DNA from: Planctomycetota bacterium
GTDB lineage: Bacteria > Planctomycetota > UBA1135
Reading direction: 5' to 3'
Assembly (NCBI GenBank): GCA_028821845.1
Contig: JAPKEZ010000015.1
Coordinates: 1 to 24,000 of the forward strand
DNA length: 24,000 nucleotides
A program made the position numbers and the translations under genes. The notes beneath the pieces are model-generated. The model ran no database searches. It was not told the origin of the DNA and was given only the letters and a program-made list of their open reading frames with translations. How positions within the stretch are numbered: position 1 is the stretch's first letter; each line of letters opens with the position of its first letter. Shown here piece after piece: positions 1-8,822 of the stretch.

Positions 1-769
1 TCGCATGTTTGTCAGAGACTTCAGCTGCACCAACTCGCAATCCTTTTAGACCGCAGCTATCAATGAGCCTTCCGGCAGAATCGTTTTGCGGGTTCTTAAA
101 GGCACAACCTGCACTCGGAATAGTAACCGGCTGCGATTTGTTCTTCTTAATTAATAGGTTCTCTTGATCGTGCTTAATCTGCGGTTTAGACGATTTAGTC
201 AAATTCAGCAATGCCTCGAGTACCACTTTGCCTTGCAAATTTCCGTCACGATATTGTGGATTTACTGACTCACGCGTGTGTTCTTCAATTTTCAGATGAT
301 CGCCTTTGCCAGGAACCCATAGAGTGATATTTTCGACTAAGTCCCAGATACCCCACTGTGCGCTACCCGCATTCATTGCTAAGGCTCCGCCTAGTTGTCC
401 GGGAACACCTATAAGGTTTTCGAGACCCGACAACTCTAGTTCGTAAGCGGCACGAATCAAAGATGGCAACGTGGCGCCAGACCACGCCCGAAATCCGTCG
501 CCGTCCTGAAAGATGCGCCGCATGTTACCAGTGTGAATCACAGCGCCATCAAAACCAGAATCGCTCGGGACCGAATTAGCGCCCGCACCAATAACTTGCA
601 CAGGGATATCGTCTTTTTCTAGCTGCGTAAGAAGGTCGGCAAAATGCTCCGGCTTTTGCGGTTCAAAGAACATGGCTGCAGGACCACCAACTCGTAGAGT
701 TGTGTAATCACTAAGCGCCACTGATTTACGCGCAGGGCCGAACTCAGTGTAATTTTCTAATATATCCAT
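1..769 (-). CDS. murB: UDP-N-acetylenolpyruvoylglucosamine reductase MurB (3' end runs off the left window edge)
   Basis: Absent from the ORF track because it is open at the window edge. My own minus-strand translation from the ATG (plus-strand cat at 767..769) gives MDILENYTEFGPARKSVALSDYTTLRVGGPAAMFFEPQKPEHFADLLTQLEKDDIPVQVIGAGANS...IPSAGCAFKNPQNDSAGRLIDSCGLKGLRVGAAEVSDKHA. TTLRVGGPA, IGAGANS (cf. the GxGSN loop), SAGCxFKNP and VSxKHA are MurB hallmarks. The start overlaps the murC 3' end by 26 nt. Confidence 0.85.
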   Translation of the reverse strand, partial: MDILENYTEFGPARKSVALSDYTTLRVGGPAAMFFEPQKPEHFADLLTQLEKDDIPVQVIGAGANSVPSDSGFDGAVIHTGNMRRIFQDGDGFRAWSGATLPSLIRAAYELELSGLENLIGVPGQLGGALAMNAGSAQWGIWDLVENITLWVPGKGDHLKIEEHTRESVNPQYRDGNLQGKVVLEALLNLTKSSKPQIKHDQENLLIKKNKSQPVTIPSAGCAFKNPQNDSAGRLIDSCGLKGLRVGAAEVSDKHA

Positions 770-2078
770 CTATGTCTCCGGCGCCAAGGCAAAGTACTAC
801 GCTGCCCGTAGTGGAATTTGATAGCGTCCAGTTGATGCTCTGCTCGATTGTCTCGCAAAAATTATGCAAACGCTGCGGGTGTCGAGCCTCGAGGTCAGGC
901 AATAACTCTTTTGAGTCAGCACTGCACGAGTCTACATCGCGGGCGCGGAAAATTGGTAGCAGCGCAACCATGTCAGCCTCGTCCAGGCATGCTATGTATA
1001 ATTCACGGTAGTCTTGAAAGCGTTGCGCTTGATGCGGCTGGAACATCACATTGATTTTTGCTTGCGGCCAGCGTTCTCTGGCGGCGTTGATTGTAGCTGC
1101 AACTTCAGTTGGATGATGTGCATAGTCGCTTACTAGTTTTATGCTTTCGCCATTACCTAAGTTTAATTCTTTAAGAAACTCTAGGCGCCGCGCTGCGCCA
1201 GTGAAGGTACTTAGGCCATGCAATATTTGTTCGTCGCTTAAATCAAAATCGCGCAACACTGCAGCCACCAAAGCGGCGTTGCTGCGATTGTGCCTACCAA
1301 ATAAGCCAATATTTGTAGTGCTGTTTAGTGGGCAAGCTGGCATCCATGTTGCTGAAGTGTGTTGCTGTAACTGCGACGGTGCCTCAGGGCCGGCAATAAT
1401 TGTGCCGCCATCAACGGTGTTTGAAAGGAACTTTGCAAACGATTCGGTTACTTCAGGTAAGCCACCGGGATATGTGTCGGGGTGCTCGGCAGCGACGTTA
1501 ATTAGCGCGACCTTGCTCGGCCGCAAATGATGAAACGAACGAGCGTATTCGCATGATTCAATCACTAGAGGCAAACTCGGATCGCCCCATTCTGAAGAAG
1601 ATCCAAGCTGTGGAACTTCGGCACCGACTAAGTAACCGACCTCAACACCCGCTTGACGTAAGCCGTAAGCAATCCATGCAGTGCAAGTAGTTTTACCGTG
1701 AGTGCCAGCAACGGCAACAACCTCGCGAATCTTAGATATTTCTCCTAGGAACTCAGCATATAAACAAGGACGGGCTGATTCGGCGATGCATTTTTCAAAG
1801 ACATCATCACTTGCGGGGACAGCCGCTGAGCGAACCACCCATGATGCGAGCGGTACAGAGTCTACATCGCAAACTTCGAGGCCTAACTTGAACAGCTTGT
1901 CATCGGCAGCCAGAGGCCTGGCATCGCAGCCGTAAACCTGCCATCCTGCTTGCAGGAAGAAAGTCGCTAGGCCGCGCATACCACAACCGCCCACGCCGAC
2001 AAAAACCACCACCCTGCCATTTTCTAAGGCAAGTTTGTCGAGACCAGCAGCGCTAGCGGTGGATGTTTGCACGCCCAT
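744..2078 (-). CDS. murC: UDP-N-acetylmuramate--L-alanine ligase MurC
   Basis: 444-aa ORF. N-terminal Rossmann segment VFVGVGGCGMRGLATFFLQAGWQVYGCD, P-loop VAVAGTHGKTTCTA, DYAHHPTE and FQPH motifs typical of MurC. Sits in the dcw position after murG. Confidence 0.9.
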   Translation of the reverse strand: MGVQTSTASAAGLDKLALENGRVVVFVGVGGCGMRGLATFFLQAGWQVYGCDARPLAADDKLFKLGLEVCDVDSVPLASWVVRSAAVPASDDVFEKCIAESARPCLYAEFLGEISKIREVVAVAGTHGKTTCTAWIAYGLRQAGVEVGYLVGAEVPQLGSSSEWGDPSLPLVIESCEYARSFHHLRPSKVALINVAAEHPDTYPGGLPEVTESFAKFLSNTVDGGTIIAGPEAPSQLQQHTSATWMPACPLNSTTNIGLFGRHNRSNAALVAAVLRDFDLSDEQILHGLSTFTGAARRLEFLKELNLGNGESIKLVSDYAHHPTEVAATINAARERWPQAKINVMFQPHQAQRFQDYRELYIACLDEADMVALLPIFRARDVDSCSADSKELLPDLEARHPQRLHNFCETIEQSINWTLSNSTTGSVVLCLGAGDIDGYIRKLH

Positions 2079-2081
2079 AGT

Positions 2082-3110
2082 TTATGCTTTTTCACCCACT
2101 ATTTCTTCTAGTGTATCGCAAGCAATTTTGCGGCCATCGCCCACAAGCGATTCACACAGTGATTGAGACATTTGCTCACGCAGGTTTATGTTAGCCAACA
2201 ATTCGTAAAGCCGACTGCGACTCTCTTCACCGCCATCAAAAATTTGGACTCCAGGTGCAAGCTGCTCGGCATTCAACTGCTGCTGACGATCTTTGTGTAT
2301 ATAAGGCATAACCATGGTTGGCGTTTGGCTCAGCCATATCTCAGCCAATGTCGACGCTCCGCCACGACTTAGCATAAAATCAGCCGCGGCATAAGCGGCA
2401 CCCATGTCAGAACAATGCTCAAGTACTGCGGCACGGACACCGCTTGCTTCAACGGCTTCTTGCACTGCTGCTCTCTTGTTTGGACCGCACAAACAAAGTA
2501 GCTGCCAATTCAAGCGCTTCAACTCTGGAAGCATCTCGATTACGGCCTGATTCAAACTAAACGCACCCTGTGAGCCGCCCATAGTCAGCAACACTCGTTG
2601 CTGACTGTCTAAGTTAAACTTAGCGCAAGCTTGTTCGCGGCTCGGCAGAGTAGTAGCGCTACGCGAAATAGGACCGACAACAGTTGCCCGTGGCACATCA
2701 GCTGCGGTCTTGTCAAACATAACCAGCACCCGTTTGGCAAAGCGGCTAACTAAGCGCACTGATTTGCCAACTACGACGTTACCCTCTAGGCAAACCAATG
2801 GCCGTGGCAAGGCAGCCATTGCAGTAGCGCCGCCATAGCCACCAAGGCTGACCACCAAATCAGGTCTGAAATCTCGGCAATATTTGCGCACACGTGGGAA
2901 GGAAGCTAATGCTGCAAAGTATCGCGGCAAAGCAGAATCGTCGATGCCAAGGCTGCGATGCGAAATCGATTCATCGATGTAGTTCAATTCGACTTGGCGA
3001 CCGCTAAGCCAAAATTCAACTTGATGCCCGCGGGACATCAATTCTTCGGCAATCCCAATTGCGGGAGTCAAATGCCCACCTGTACCTCCGCCCACAAACG
3101 CCACGCGCAT
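2082..3110 (-). CDS. murG: Lipid II-forming glycosyltransferase MurG
   Basis: 342-aa ORF. N-terminal MRVAFVGGGTGGHLTPAIGIAEEL (the GGTGGH loop of MurG), GT-B size, dcw context. Its ATG shares one base with the upstream LysM gene stop (TAATG on the minus strand). Confidence 0.9.
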   Translation of the reverse strand: MRVAFVGGGTGGHLTPAIGIAEELMSRGHQVEFWLSGRQVELNYIDESISHRSLGIDDSALPRYFAALASFPRVRKYCRDFRPDLVVSLGGYGGATAMAALPRPLVCLEGNVVVGKSVRLVSRFAKRVLVMFDKTAADVPRATVVGPISRSATTLPSREQACAKFNLDSQQRVLLTMGGSQGAFSLNQAVIEMLPELKRLNWQLLCLCGPNKRAAVQEAVEASGVRAAVLEHCSDMGAAYAAADFMLSRGGASTLAEIWLSQTPTMVMPYIHKDRQQQLNAEQLAPGVQIFDGGEESRSRLYELLANINLREQMSQSLCESLVGDGRKIACDTLEEIVGEKA

Positions 3111-3763
3111 TATTCAGCAGGAATAATTAAAGTTTGACCAACGCTAATACTATTTGGGTTTTTAAGATTGTTAGCTTTTAATATCACATCAACCTTCTTA
3201 CTAGTGCCGTAAAACTTTTGCGAGATTGCACCTAAGAAATCTCCTGATTCCACGGTATAGCTTTGCGGAGCTGTAGGTCCAGTCCCTATAGATATGGCTG
3301 CTGGCACTGCCGTTACAACTTCATTTAGCATAATACGCAATTTCATACCCACCGGAATTACCGTCTCATCTTTAATGTTATTCCAGCGCTTGATGTCTTT
3401 ATATCTCTTTGATTCACCAAGTTCGCGCAACGCGATTGCGCTCAAAGTTTCGCCCTGACGAACTACAACAACCCGCACATCATTTGAGAAAGTGGCGGGC
3501 AGCGGAATCACACCAGGAGTTACGCTCGGAGACGGCGTTGACACTCTAGTCGGATTAGGATTAAAATTGTCCGGTTTTATATATTGCGCTCGCTGCTCTG
3601 GAGATAACAAACGCACAGCATCTAGATCACTAGGCTGCACAATGACCGCCGATGGTTCGGCGTCTGCGGGATTTGATTTTTCTGACCCGAAGTAAGAACC
3701 AAGCATTGCTATTGAGAAAAGAGCAAGGAAACCGAGTAATGAATTTTTTGTGATCTTGTTCAT
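3110..3763 (-). CDS. Membrane-anchored or exported protein with two LysM peptidoglycan-binding domains
   Basis: 217-aa ORF. N-terminal hydrophobic segment LLGFLALFSIAMLGSYF, a Pro-rich linker (NPNPTRVSTPSPSVTPGVIPLP), then two LysM-like repeats: VVVRQGETLSAIALRELGESKRYKDIKRWNNIKDETVIPVGMKLRI and YTVESGDFLGAISQKFYGTSKKVDVILKANNLKNPNSISVGQTLIIP. ATGA overlap with the ftsW stop and TAATG overlap with the murG start. Confidence 0.8.
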   Translation of the reverse strand: MNKITKNSLLGFLALFSIAMLGSYFGSEKSNPADAEPSAVIVQPSDLDAVRLLSPEQRAQYIKPDNFNPNPTRVSTPSPSVTPGVIPLPATFSNDVRVVVVRQGETLSAIALRELGESKRYKDIKRWNNIKDETVIPVGMKLRIMLNEVVTAVPAAISIGTGPTAPQSYTVESGDFLGAISQKFYGTSKKVDVILKANNLKNPNSISVGQTLIIPAE

Positions 3764-4854
3764 TTGATACCAAAGGGAGCAGATTGAGTACGGATGCGAC
3801 TCCGAGTTGAATTGATAGCGATGCCAAGTAGTAACGACAACGCCATCAGGGATGAACCGCCGCGACTAACGAAAGGTAACGGCAGACCTTTTACAGGTAA
3901 AGCACCTACAACCATTGCCATGTTATAAGCTGCCTGAAAGGAAATAACTACCGTTGTTGCGCCCATTAACAATATACCGTAACGGTGACTAGATTGTCGG
4001 GCTACGCGCAAGCCAAAAAAAGTGAAGGCCATAAACAACGACCAAACCATCAGAACGCCGACCATGCCCCATTCATCGGCTATTAAGGCCAACACAAAGT
4101 CGGTGGTGCTTTCAGGGATATGTCCGAATTTAAGCACGCCGTTGCCGAGGCCAGAGCCAAACCATCCTCCGTAACGAAAAGCTTCTTGGGCGCGCAGTAC
4201 TTGTTCAGGCACACCGGCAGACCAGCTGTCAAGACGTGACAGCACGTGATCAAAAGAAAACACCGCCAACGCTCCAACGACTAACAATGCTGGCACCGAC
4301 ACTATCAATACCCGCAAAGGCAAACCAGCGAACAGCAGCACGCATCCGGAAACCATGATGAGGATAACAACCGAGCCAAAATCTGGCTGTAATAACACCG
4401 GCAGCATCAACGCGAAAAAGAGGGCAATCATTTTAAAAATTGGCGAAACAGATTGCACGCGCAGCGGGTCTTTAGCAATCCATGATGATAGCAAAATTGG
4501 CCACAGTACCTGCAGAAACAGTGACGGCTGCAACGATACTGGACCGACTTGAATCCAGCGAGTGGCGGCGTTGGCAGTATGACCAAGCCCAGTAACCAAC
4601 ATCAAAAACAGCAACACCCACAACGCAATGCTAGCGTGAACGCTGTAATTACGGACGTGCTGTGGATTAAGGTGAATACCAACCGCAAAAGCTGCAGCAG
4701 CGGCCGCCAAAAAAGAACCGTGGCGCAATAACACGTCTCCGGCTTCGCCTGGAGGAGCAGATGAAACCGCTACTAGTAATCCCAAAACAGCCAATGCACC
4801 TACACATGCGCATAACGCAAGTGTAGCAGGCATGAACTTACTAGGATTAGTCAT
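3760..4854 (-). CDS. ftsW: SEDS-family peptidoglycan polymerase FtsW
   Basis: 364-aa polytopic membrane ORF with SEDS motifs QPDFGS, PESTTDFVL and SRGGSSL. Called FtsW rather than RodA from its dcw position. Confidence 0.85.
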   Translation of the reverse strand: MTNPSKFMPATLALCACVGALAVLGLLVAVSSAPPGEAGDVLLRHGSFLAAAAAAFAVGIHLNPQHVRNYSVHASIALWVLLFLMLVTGLGHTANAATRWIQVGPVSLQPSLFLQVLWPILLSSWIAKDPLRVQSVSPIFKMIALFFALMLPVLLQPDFGSVVILIMVSGCVLLFAGLPLRVLIVSVPALLVVGALAVFSFDHVLSRLDSWSAGVPEQVLRAQEAFRYGGWFGSGLGNGVLKFGHIPESTTDFVLALIADEWGMVGVLMVWSLFMAFTFFGLRVARQSSHRYGILLMGATTVVISFQAAYNMAMVVGALPVKGLPLPFVSRGGSSLMALSLLLGIAINSTRSRIRTQSAPFGIK

Positions 4855-4860
4855 CGTCGA

Positions 4861-5997
4861 TTAGCGCAACTTAATCAGAAGTAAACCCAAGCTAGCAAAC
4901 AGCGCGGATACTATCCAAAACCTGGCGACGATGCGAGCTTCAGGCATACTGTCAAGCTGCCAAATATGGTGAATGGGTGCTTTCCGAAAAGGACGCCAAT
5001 TGAAATACTTGCAACATAAAATTTGCAGCAAGCTAGAGGCCACTTCAATAGTAAACACCCCGCCGATTAAGATGAGTAGTATTTCTTGTTTTGAGACAAT
5101 CGCAAAATAAGCCATTGCAGCGCCAAGTGGTAGCGACCCGCTGTCACCCATAAAAATTAATGCTGGTGCCGAGTTGAACCACAAGAAACCGAGGCTAGCA
5201 CCGAGAGTAGCAGCGACCAAGACAGTTACCTCGCCCGAGCCTGGGATGAATGGCAAGTGCAAATATTCTGAAAAGTTAGCATGGCCGACGAAGTAAGTGC
5301 TCAAGCCCATTGCAGCCAATACCGGAACAGCTGACCCCACTGCTAGACCATCCAGTCCGTCAGTAACATTAGCTGCGTGACTAAATCCGAGAATGCACAT
5401 TATTTGTATGACGAAGAACACAGCACCTAGTGCTAGCAAGCTCATCCCAGGCCCAATCACCAAATCCTTGAACACCGGCATAAAAATATGTCGCATTTGT
5501 GGGTACGAGCTAGAGGCATCACCTAGCTTCCATAGCAAACCAACGACTAAAAGTGTTAGCAACATCGTCGGGACCATTTTCGCCGTACGCGACAAGCCCT
5601 TACGCGGGTCCTTCGGGTTCGCCTTAACTTGGTCGTCGAAAAAGCCAATGGTGCCCATACCGACCATCAGAAACATTCCGATTAAAACCAACGGCTCATC
5701 GATGCGCCCAAATACCATCGTACTAATCAGCACCGATGCTAACCAAAAGACTCCGCCCATCGTCGGTGTGCCGTCTTTACCAGCCTTACGGTAGGCCTCT
5801 GCGACTTCGTCGCAATCGGAGTTGTCTGTACGCTCGCCAACCTTGCTTTCGCGTAAACGCTCGATAAGGGGCTTGCCTATTATCAAGGCAACGCCAAATG
5901 AAAAAATAAATGCCGCACCCGCTCGCACCCCTATATAGTTAAATGCGCCAAAGGGGCTAAACAAATCAGACAAGAATGGAATTAGCCAGTTAATCAT
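4861..5997 (-). CDS. mraY: Phospho-N-acetylmuramoyl-pentapeptide transferase MraY
   Basis: 378-aa membrane ORF with DGTPTMGG, HAANVTDGLDGLA and MGDSGSLPLG motifs characteristic of MraY. ATGA overlap with the murF stop. Confidence 0.92.
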   Translation of the reverse strand: MINWLIPFLSDLFSPFGAFNYIGVRAGAAFIFSFGVALIIGKPLIERLRESKVGERTDNSDCDEVAEAYRKAGKDGTPTMGGVFWLASVLISTMVFGRIDEPLVLIGMFLMVGMGTIGFFDDQVKANPKDPRKGLSRTAKMVPTMLLTLLVVGLLWKLGDASSSYPQMRHIFMPVFKDLVIGPGMSLLALGAVFFVIQIMCILGFSHAANVTDGLDGLAVGSAVPVLAAMGLSTYFVGHANFSEYLHLPFIPGSGEVTVLVAATLGASLGFLWFNSAPALIFMGDSGSLPLGAAMAYFAIVSKQEILLILIGGVFTIEVASSLLQILCCKYFNWRPFRKAPIHHIWQLDSMPEARIVARFWIVSALFASLGLLLIKLR

Positions 5998-7355
5998 TTT
6001 ACAGTGGTAGACAAAAGTTCTTCAAAATCAACGAGAACGCTCTCGAGTTTGTCGGCGCGTGACGCCTTGAGCAAAACCAAATCGTCAGCGGCACAATAGC
6101 TAGATAAAAATATAGAAGCGGCGGGACAATCAGCAACGCGCACCACTCGAATATGCTGCGGAGCCGCATCAGCAATCACCGACGCCAGGTCACCAACACA
6201 AAGCACAGTATCAATGGCAAACTCGTCAAGTGAACGACCCATTTTCGCGTGCAATTCTTGTTGCTGTGAACCTAGATCTAGCATAGAACCAAGCACCGCT
6301 ATGCGGCGGCCAGCACATGGCAACTCGGACAAGGCCTGCAACGCGGTAAGCATTGATGTAGGATTAGCGTTATACGAATCATCAATGAAATCTACATCAC
6401 CTGCACGTAATTGTTGAAGTCGCCCGTGTGGCTTAACCAGGGTTGACAAGGACTCTTTAATATGTCCTGGTGAAACTTTACACCCAAGTGCAATGTCAGC
6501 CATCAGCATCGCCAAGCGTAATTCATGAGGCGCAATACAAGCCACTTCTGCTTCACCAAGCCGCGGATGGTTGCGCACAGCGAACTTAGTCCCGTCAAAG
6601 CTGTAGCTATATGTATCGTGGTCGTAAAAGTGCGGTTCCGCCAACCAACGACGCTCTTCGCCATTAAGTAATTTTCGGCATAAATTATCTATCCATACCG
6701 AGCCACGTGGCGATACCGACTGCAATAGCCTATTTTTTTCGTAGGCAATTGTTTGTAAGTCTCCCAGCCCTTCGAGATGAGCGGCGCCAATCGCCACAAT
6801 CGTTGCCATGTCTGGCTTGACCACGTCAATCAGATACTGCATCTCGCCTGGCTCGTTGATGCCATATTCAAGAACAATAAAATCGACGTCGCGCGGAGCA
6901 CCAAGCATTGCTAAAGGCAATCCAATCTCTGAATTGTAGGACTTAGGAGCAGCGTAGGCAGAGAATTGGCTCTTAGAAAATAATTGCAACAGAAAATCTT
7001 TAGCTGTCGTTTTCCCGACAGAACCTGTTATACCAATTACTTTCCCGCGGCAATGTGCGCGATGGAAAGTCGCTAAATCGGCAAGTGCACGCAAACCATC
7101 TGCAACAACGATTTGTGGTACGGGGAACTCTTTGCCCATGTAGCGCTGCACTACTAGCAATTGCGCACCGTTTGCAATTGCGTTATCAAGGTGCTCGTGG
7201 CCGTCACTGTGCGCTCCTGGCAGCGCGACAAAAATATCGCCAGTGGTAATCAATCTAGAGTCAACCTCAACTTTCGGCAACTCGGCATCCGACACCTCGC
7301 TAGGCAATGCCGTCTTCAATGCGGCATACACTTGATGAATGGTCATGCCAGACAT
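5994..7355 (-). CDS. murF: UDP-MurNAc-tripeptide--D-Ala-D-Ala ligase MurF
   Basis: 453-aa ORF. P-loop GITGSVGKTTAKD and DDSYNANPTSM motif. An alternative ATG at 7346 (MTIHQ...) would give a 4-nt ATGA overlap with the murE stop, so the start is uncertain by 9 nt. Confidence 0.88.
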   Translation of the reverse strand: MSGMTIHQVYAALKTALPSEVSDAELPKVEVDSRLITTGDIFVALPGAHSDGHEHLDNAIANGAQLLVVQRYMGKEFPVPQIVVADGLRALADLATFHRAHCRGKVIGITGSVGKTTAKDFLLQLFSKSQFSAYAAPKSYNSEIGLPLAMLGAPRDVDFIVLEYGINEPGEMQYLIDVVKPDMATIVAIGAAHLEGLGDLQTIAYEKNRLLQSVSPRGSVWIDNLCRKLLNGEERRWLAEPHFYDHDTYSYSFDGTKFAVRNHPRLGEAEVACIAPHELRLAMLMADIALGCKVSPGHIKESLSTLVKPHGRLQQLRAGDVDFIDDSYNANPTSMLTALQALSELPCAGRRIAVLGSMLDLGSQQQELHAKMGRSLDEFAIDTVLCVGDLASVIADAAPQHIRVVRVADCPAASIFLSSYCAADDLVLLKASRADKLESVLVDFEELLSTTVK

Positions 7356-8821
7356 TGCACTGCCTCAAGTATTTGTAAGCGATCGTCGAAGGAGTGACGG
7401 ACACCATTGATTTCTTGATATGTCTCGTGGCCTTTGCCTGCCACTATCAACACATCATTTGAGTTAAGTGATTCAACCGCAAAACGAATTGCGTCATCGC
7501 GCTGAACAATACTATGAAAATCGACTGCGTTTTCATCAATGCCCGCGGCAACTTGATTAATAATAGACTCTGGCGATTCCGTGCGTGGATTATCAGAAGT
7601 TAGCACGCACCAATCTGCATTGTCACTAACGGCCCTACCCATAACTTTACGTTTCGCATTGTCTCGATCACCACCGGCGCCGAAAACAACTTTAAGAACG
7701 CGATTAGGGTAACTAGCACGTAAGGCTGTCAACACTTTCGCAATAGCGTCCGGAGTGTGCGCGTAATCGACGAATGCCAAACCTTGATGCACAGTTACTT
7801 GTTCGAGGCGTCCGTCGGCTGCTGGCTGAGATGACAATGCCGAGCACACGTCGCTCATCGACAACCCCTTAGCGAGCATCATCAGCGCCGCTAAGAAAAG
7901 ATTCTCGCCATTATGGTATCCACATATTTCACTATTGATGACACCATGCTGCTGCTGCCAATCAAAAGTAACCTCAACACCATTTACTGATTCTGTAATT
8001 TTGCAAATCACGTCAGCTTGCTGGTCGCGACTTGACCAGCTCATTATTTCGGCCTCTGCAGAACTGCATAAATCAATCAACATCTTTGAGTGTGGCACAA
8101 AAGCGATGGCCGTGGATGGCAAACCGTTGATCAACTGCATTTTTGCTGCCGCATACTTCTCGAGAGTGTGGTGATAATCTAAGTGCTCATGACTTAGATT
8201 AGTGAAAGCGACACAATCGAAATCAACCGCTGCAACACGATGTTGCACGATGCCGTGCGAGCTTGCTTCAACAATTGCCGCTTCACACTGCGCCTCAACC
8301 AATCCGGCCAGCCAACAGTGAACGATATCAGCTGATGGAGTAGTGTTTAAATTTGGCGAGGCGCCATTAAGGTCAATCATGCCAAGAGTGCCACATGAGG
8401 CGGCTTTAATCTCTAGCTGCTGTAAGGCACCACGCAACAAGTGGGCAACAGTAGTTTTACCATTAGTACCGGTGACAGCCGCACACCATATTTCCGAACT
8501 CGGTCGCCCTGCGAGCAAGTCAGCACAGTGCGCAGCAGTCAAAGCTAATTCATCACTAACAACCAGCTGTGGGCAGTTGAATTGCTCGCGAACTTGGTCG
8601 ACCAACAACATAGACGCCTGAGCATCTAAGGCAGATTGAATGAAATCGGCGCCCTGTTGACTATGCCCAGGAATAGCACAAAAAATATCGCCAGGATTCA
8701 CCCGCCGTGAGTCGAAGCATGCGCGCGTCAAATCCATGTCAAGCAACTGGGCTTGAGCTGGTGACAACTGGGGAGATAATCCGCGTTTTTGCAGTGCGTT
8801 GATGAGGTCGGCGACAAGCAT
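7343..8821 (-). CDS. murE: UDP-MurNAc-L-Ala-D-Glu--2,6-diaminopimelate ligase MurE
   Basis: Motifs VTGTNGKTT, DYAHTPDA, GAGGDRD and TSDNPR (the DNPR motif is associated with meso-DAP-adding MurE). The ORF track starts at a TTG (8833). I prefer the ATG at 8821 (MLVADL...), one nt after the ftsI stop. Confidence 0.9.
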   Translation of the reverse strand: MLVADLINALQKRGLSPQLSPAQAQLLDMDLTRACFDSRRVNPGDIFCAIPGHSQQGADFIQSALDAQASMLLVDQVREQFNCPQLVVSDELALTAAHCADLLAGRPSSEIWCAAVTGTNGKTTVAHLLRGALQQLEIKAASCGTLGMIDLNGASPNLNTTPSADIVHCWLAGLVEAQCEAAIVEASSHGIVQHRVAAVDFDCVAFTNLSHEHLDYHHTLEKYAAAKMQLINGLPSTAIAFVPHSKMLIDLCSSAEAEIMSWSSRDQQADVICKITESVNGVEVTFDWQQQHGVINSEICGYHNGENLFLAALMMLAKGLSMSDVCSALSSQPAADGRLEQVTVHQGLAFVDYAHTPDAIAKVLTALRASYPNRVLKVVFGAGGDRDNAKRKVMGRAVSDNADWCVLTSDNPRTESPESIINQVAAGIDENAVDFHSIVQRDDAIRFAVESLNSNDVLIVAGKGHETYQEINGVRHSFDDRLQILEAVQCLA

Positions 8822-8822
8822 G

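Noticed and set aside
4855-4860. Possibility that murD is present but fused to a neighbour or decayed at the mraY/ftsW junction.
   Set aside because: The gap is only 6 nt. Both flanking proteins have normal lengths and complete motif sets. No Mur-ligase P-loop other than those of MurC, MurE and MurF occurs in any frame of the cluster.
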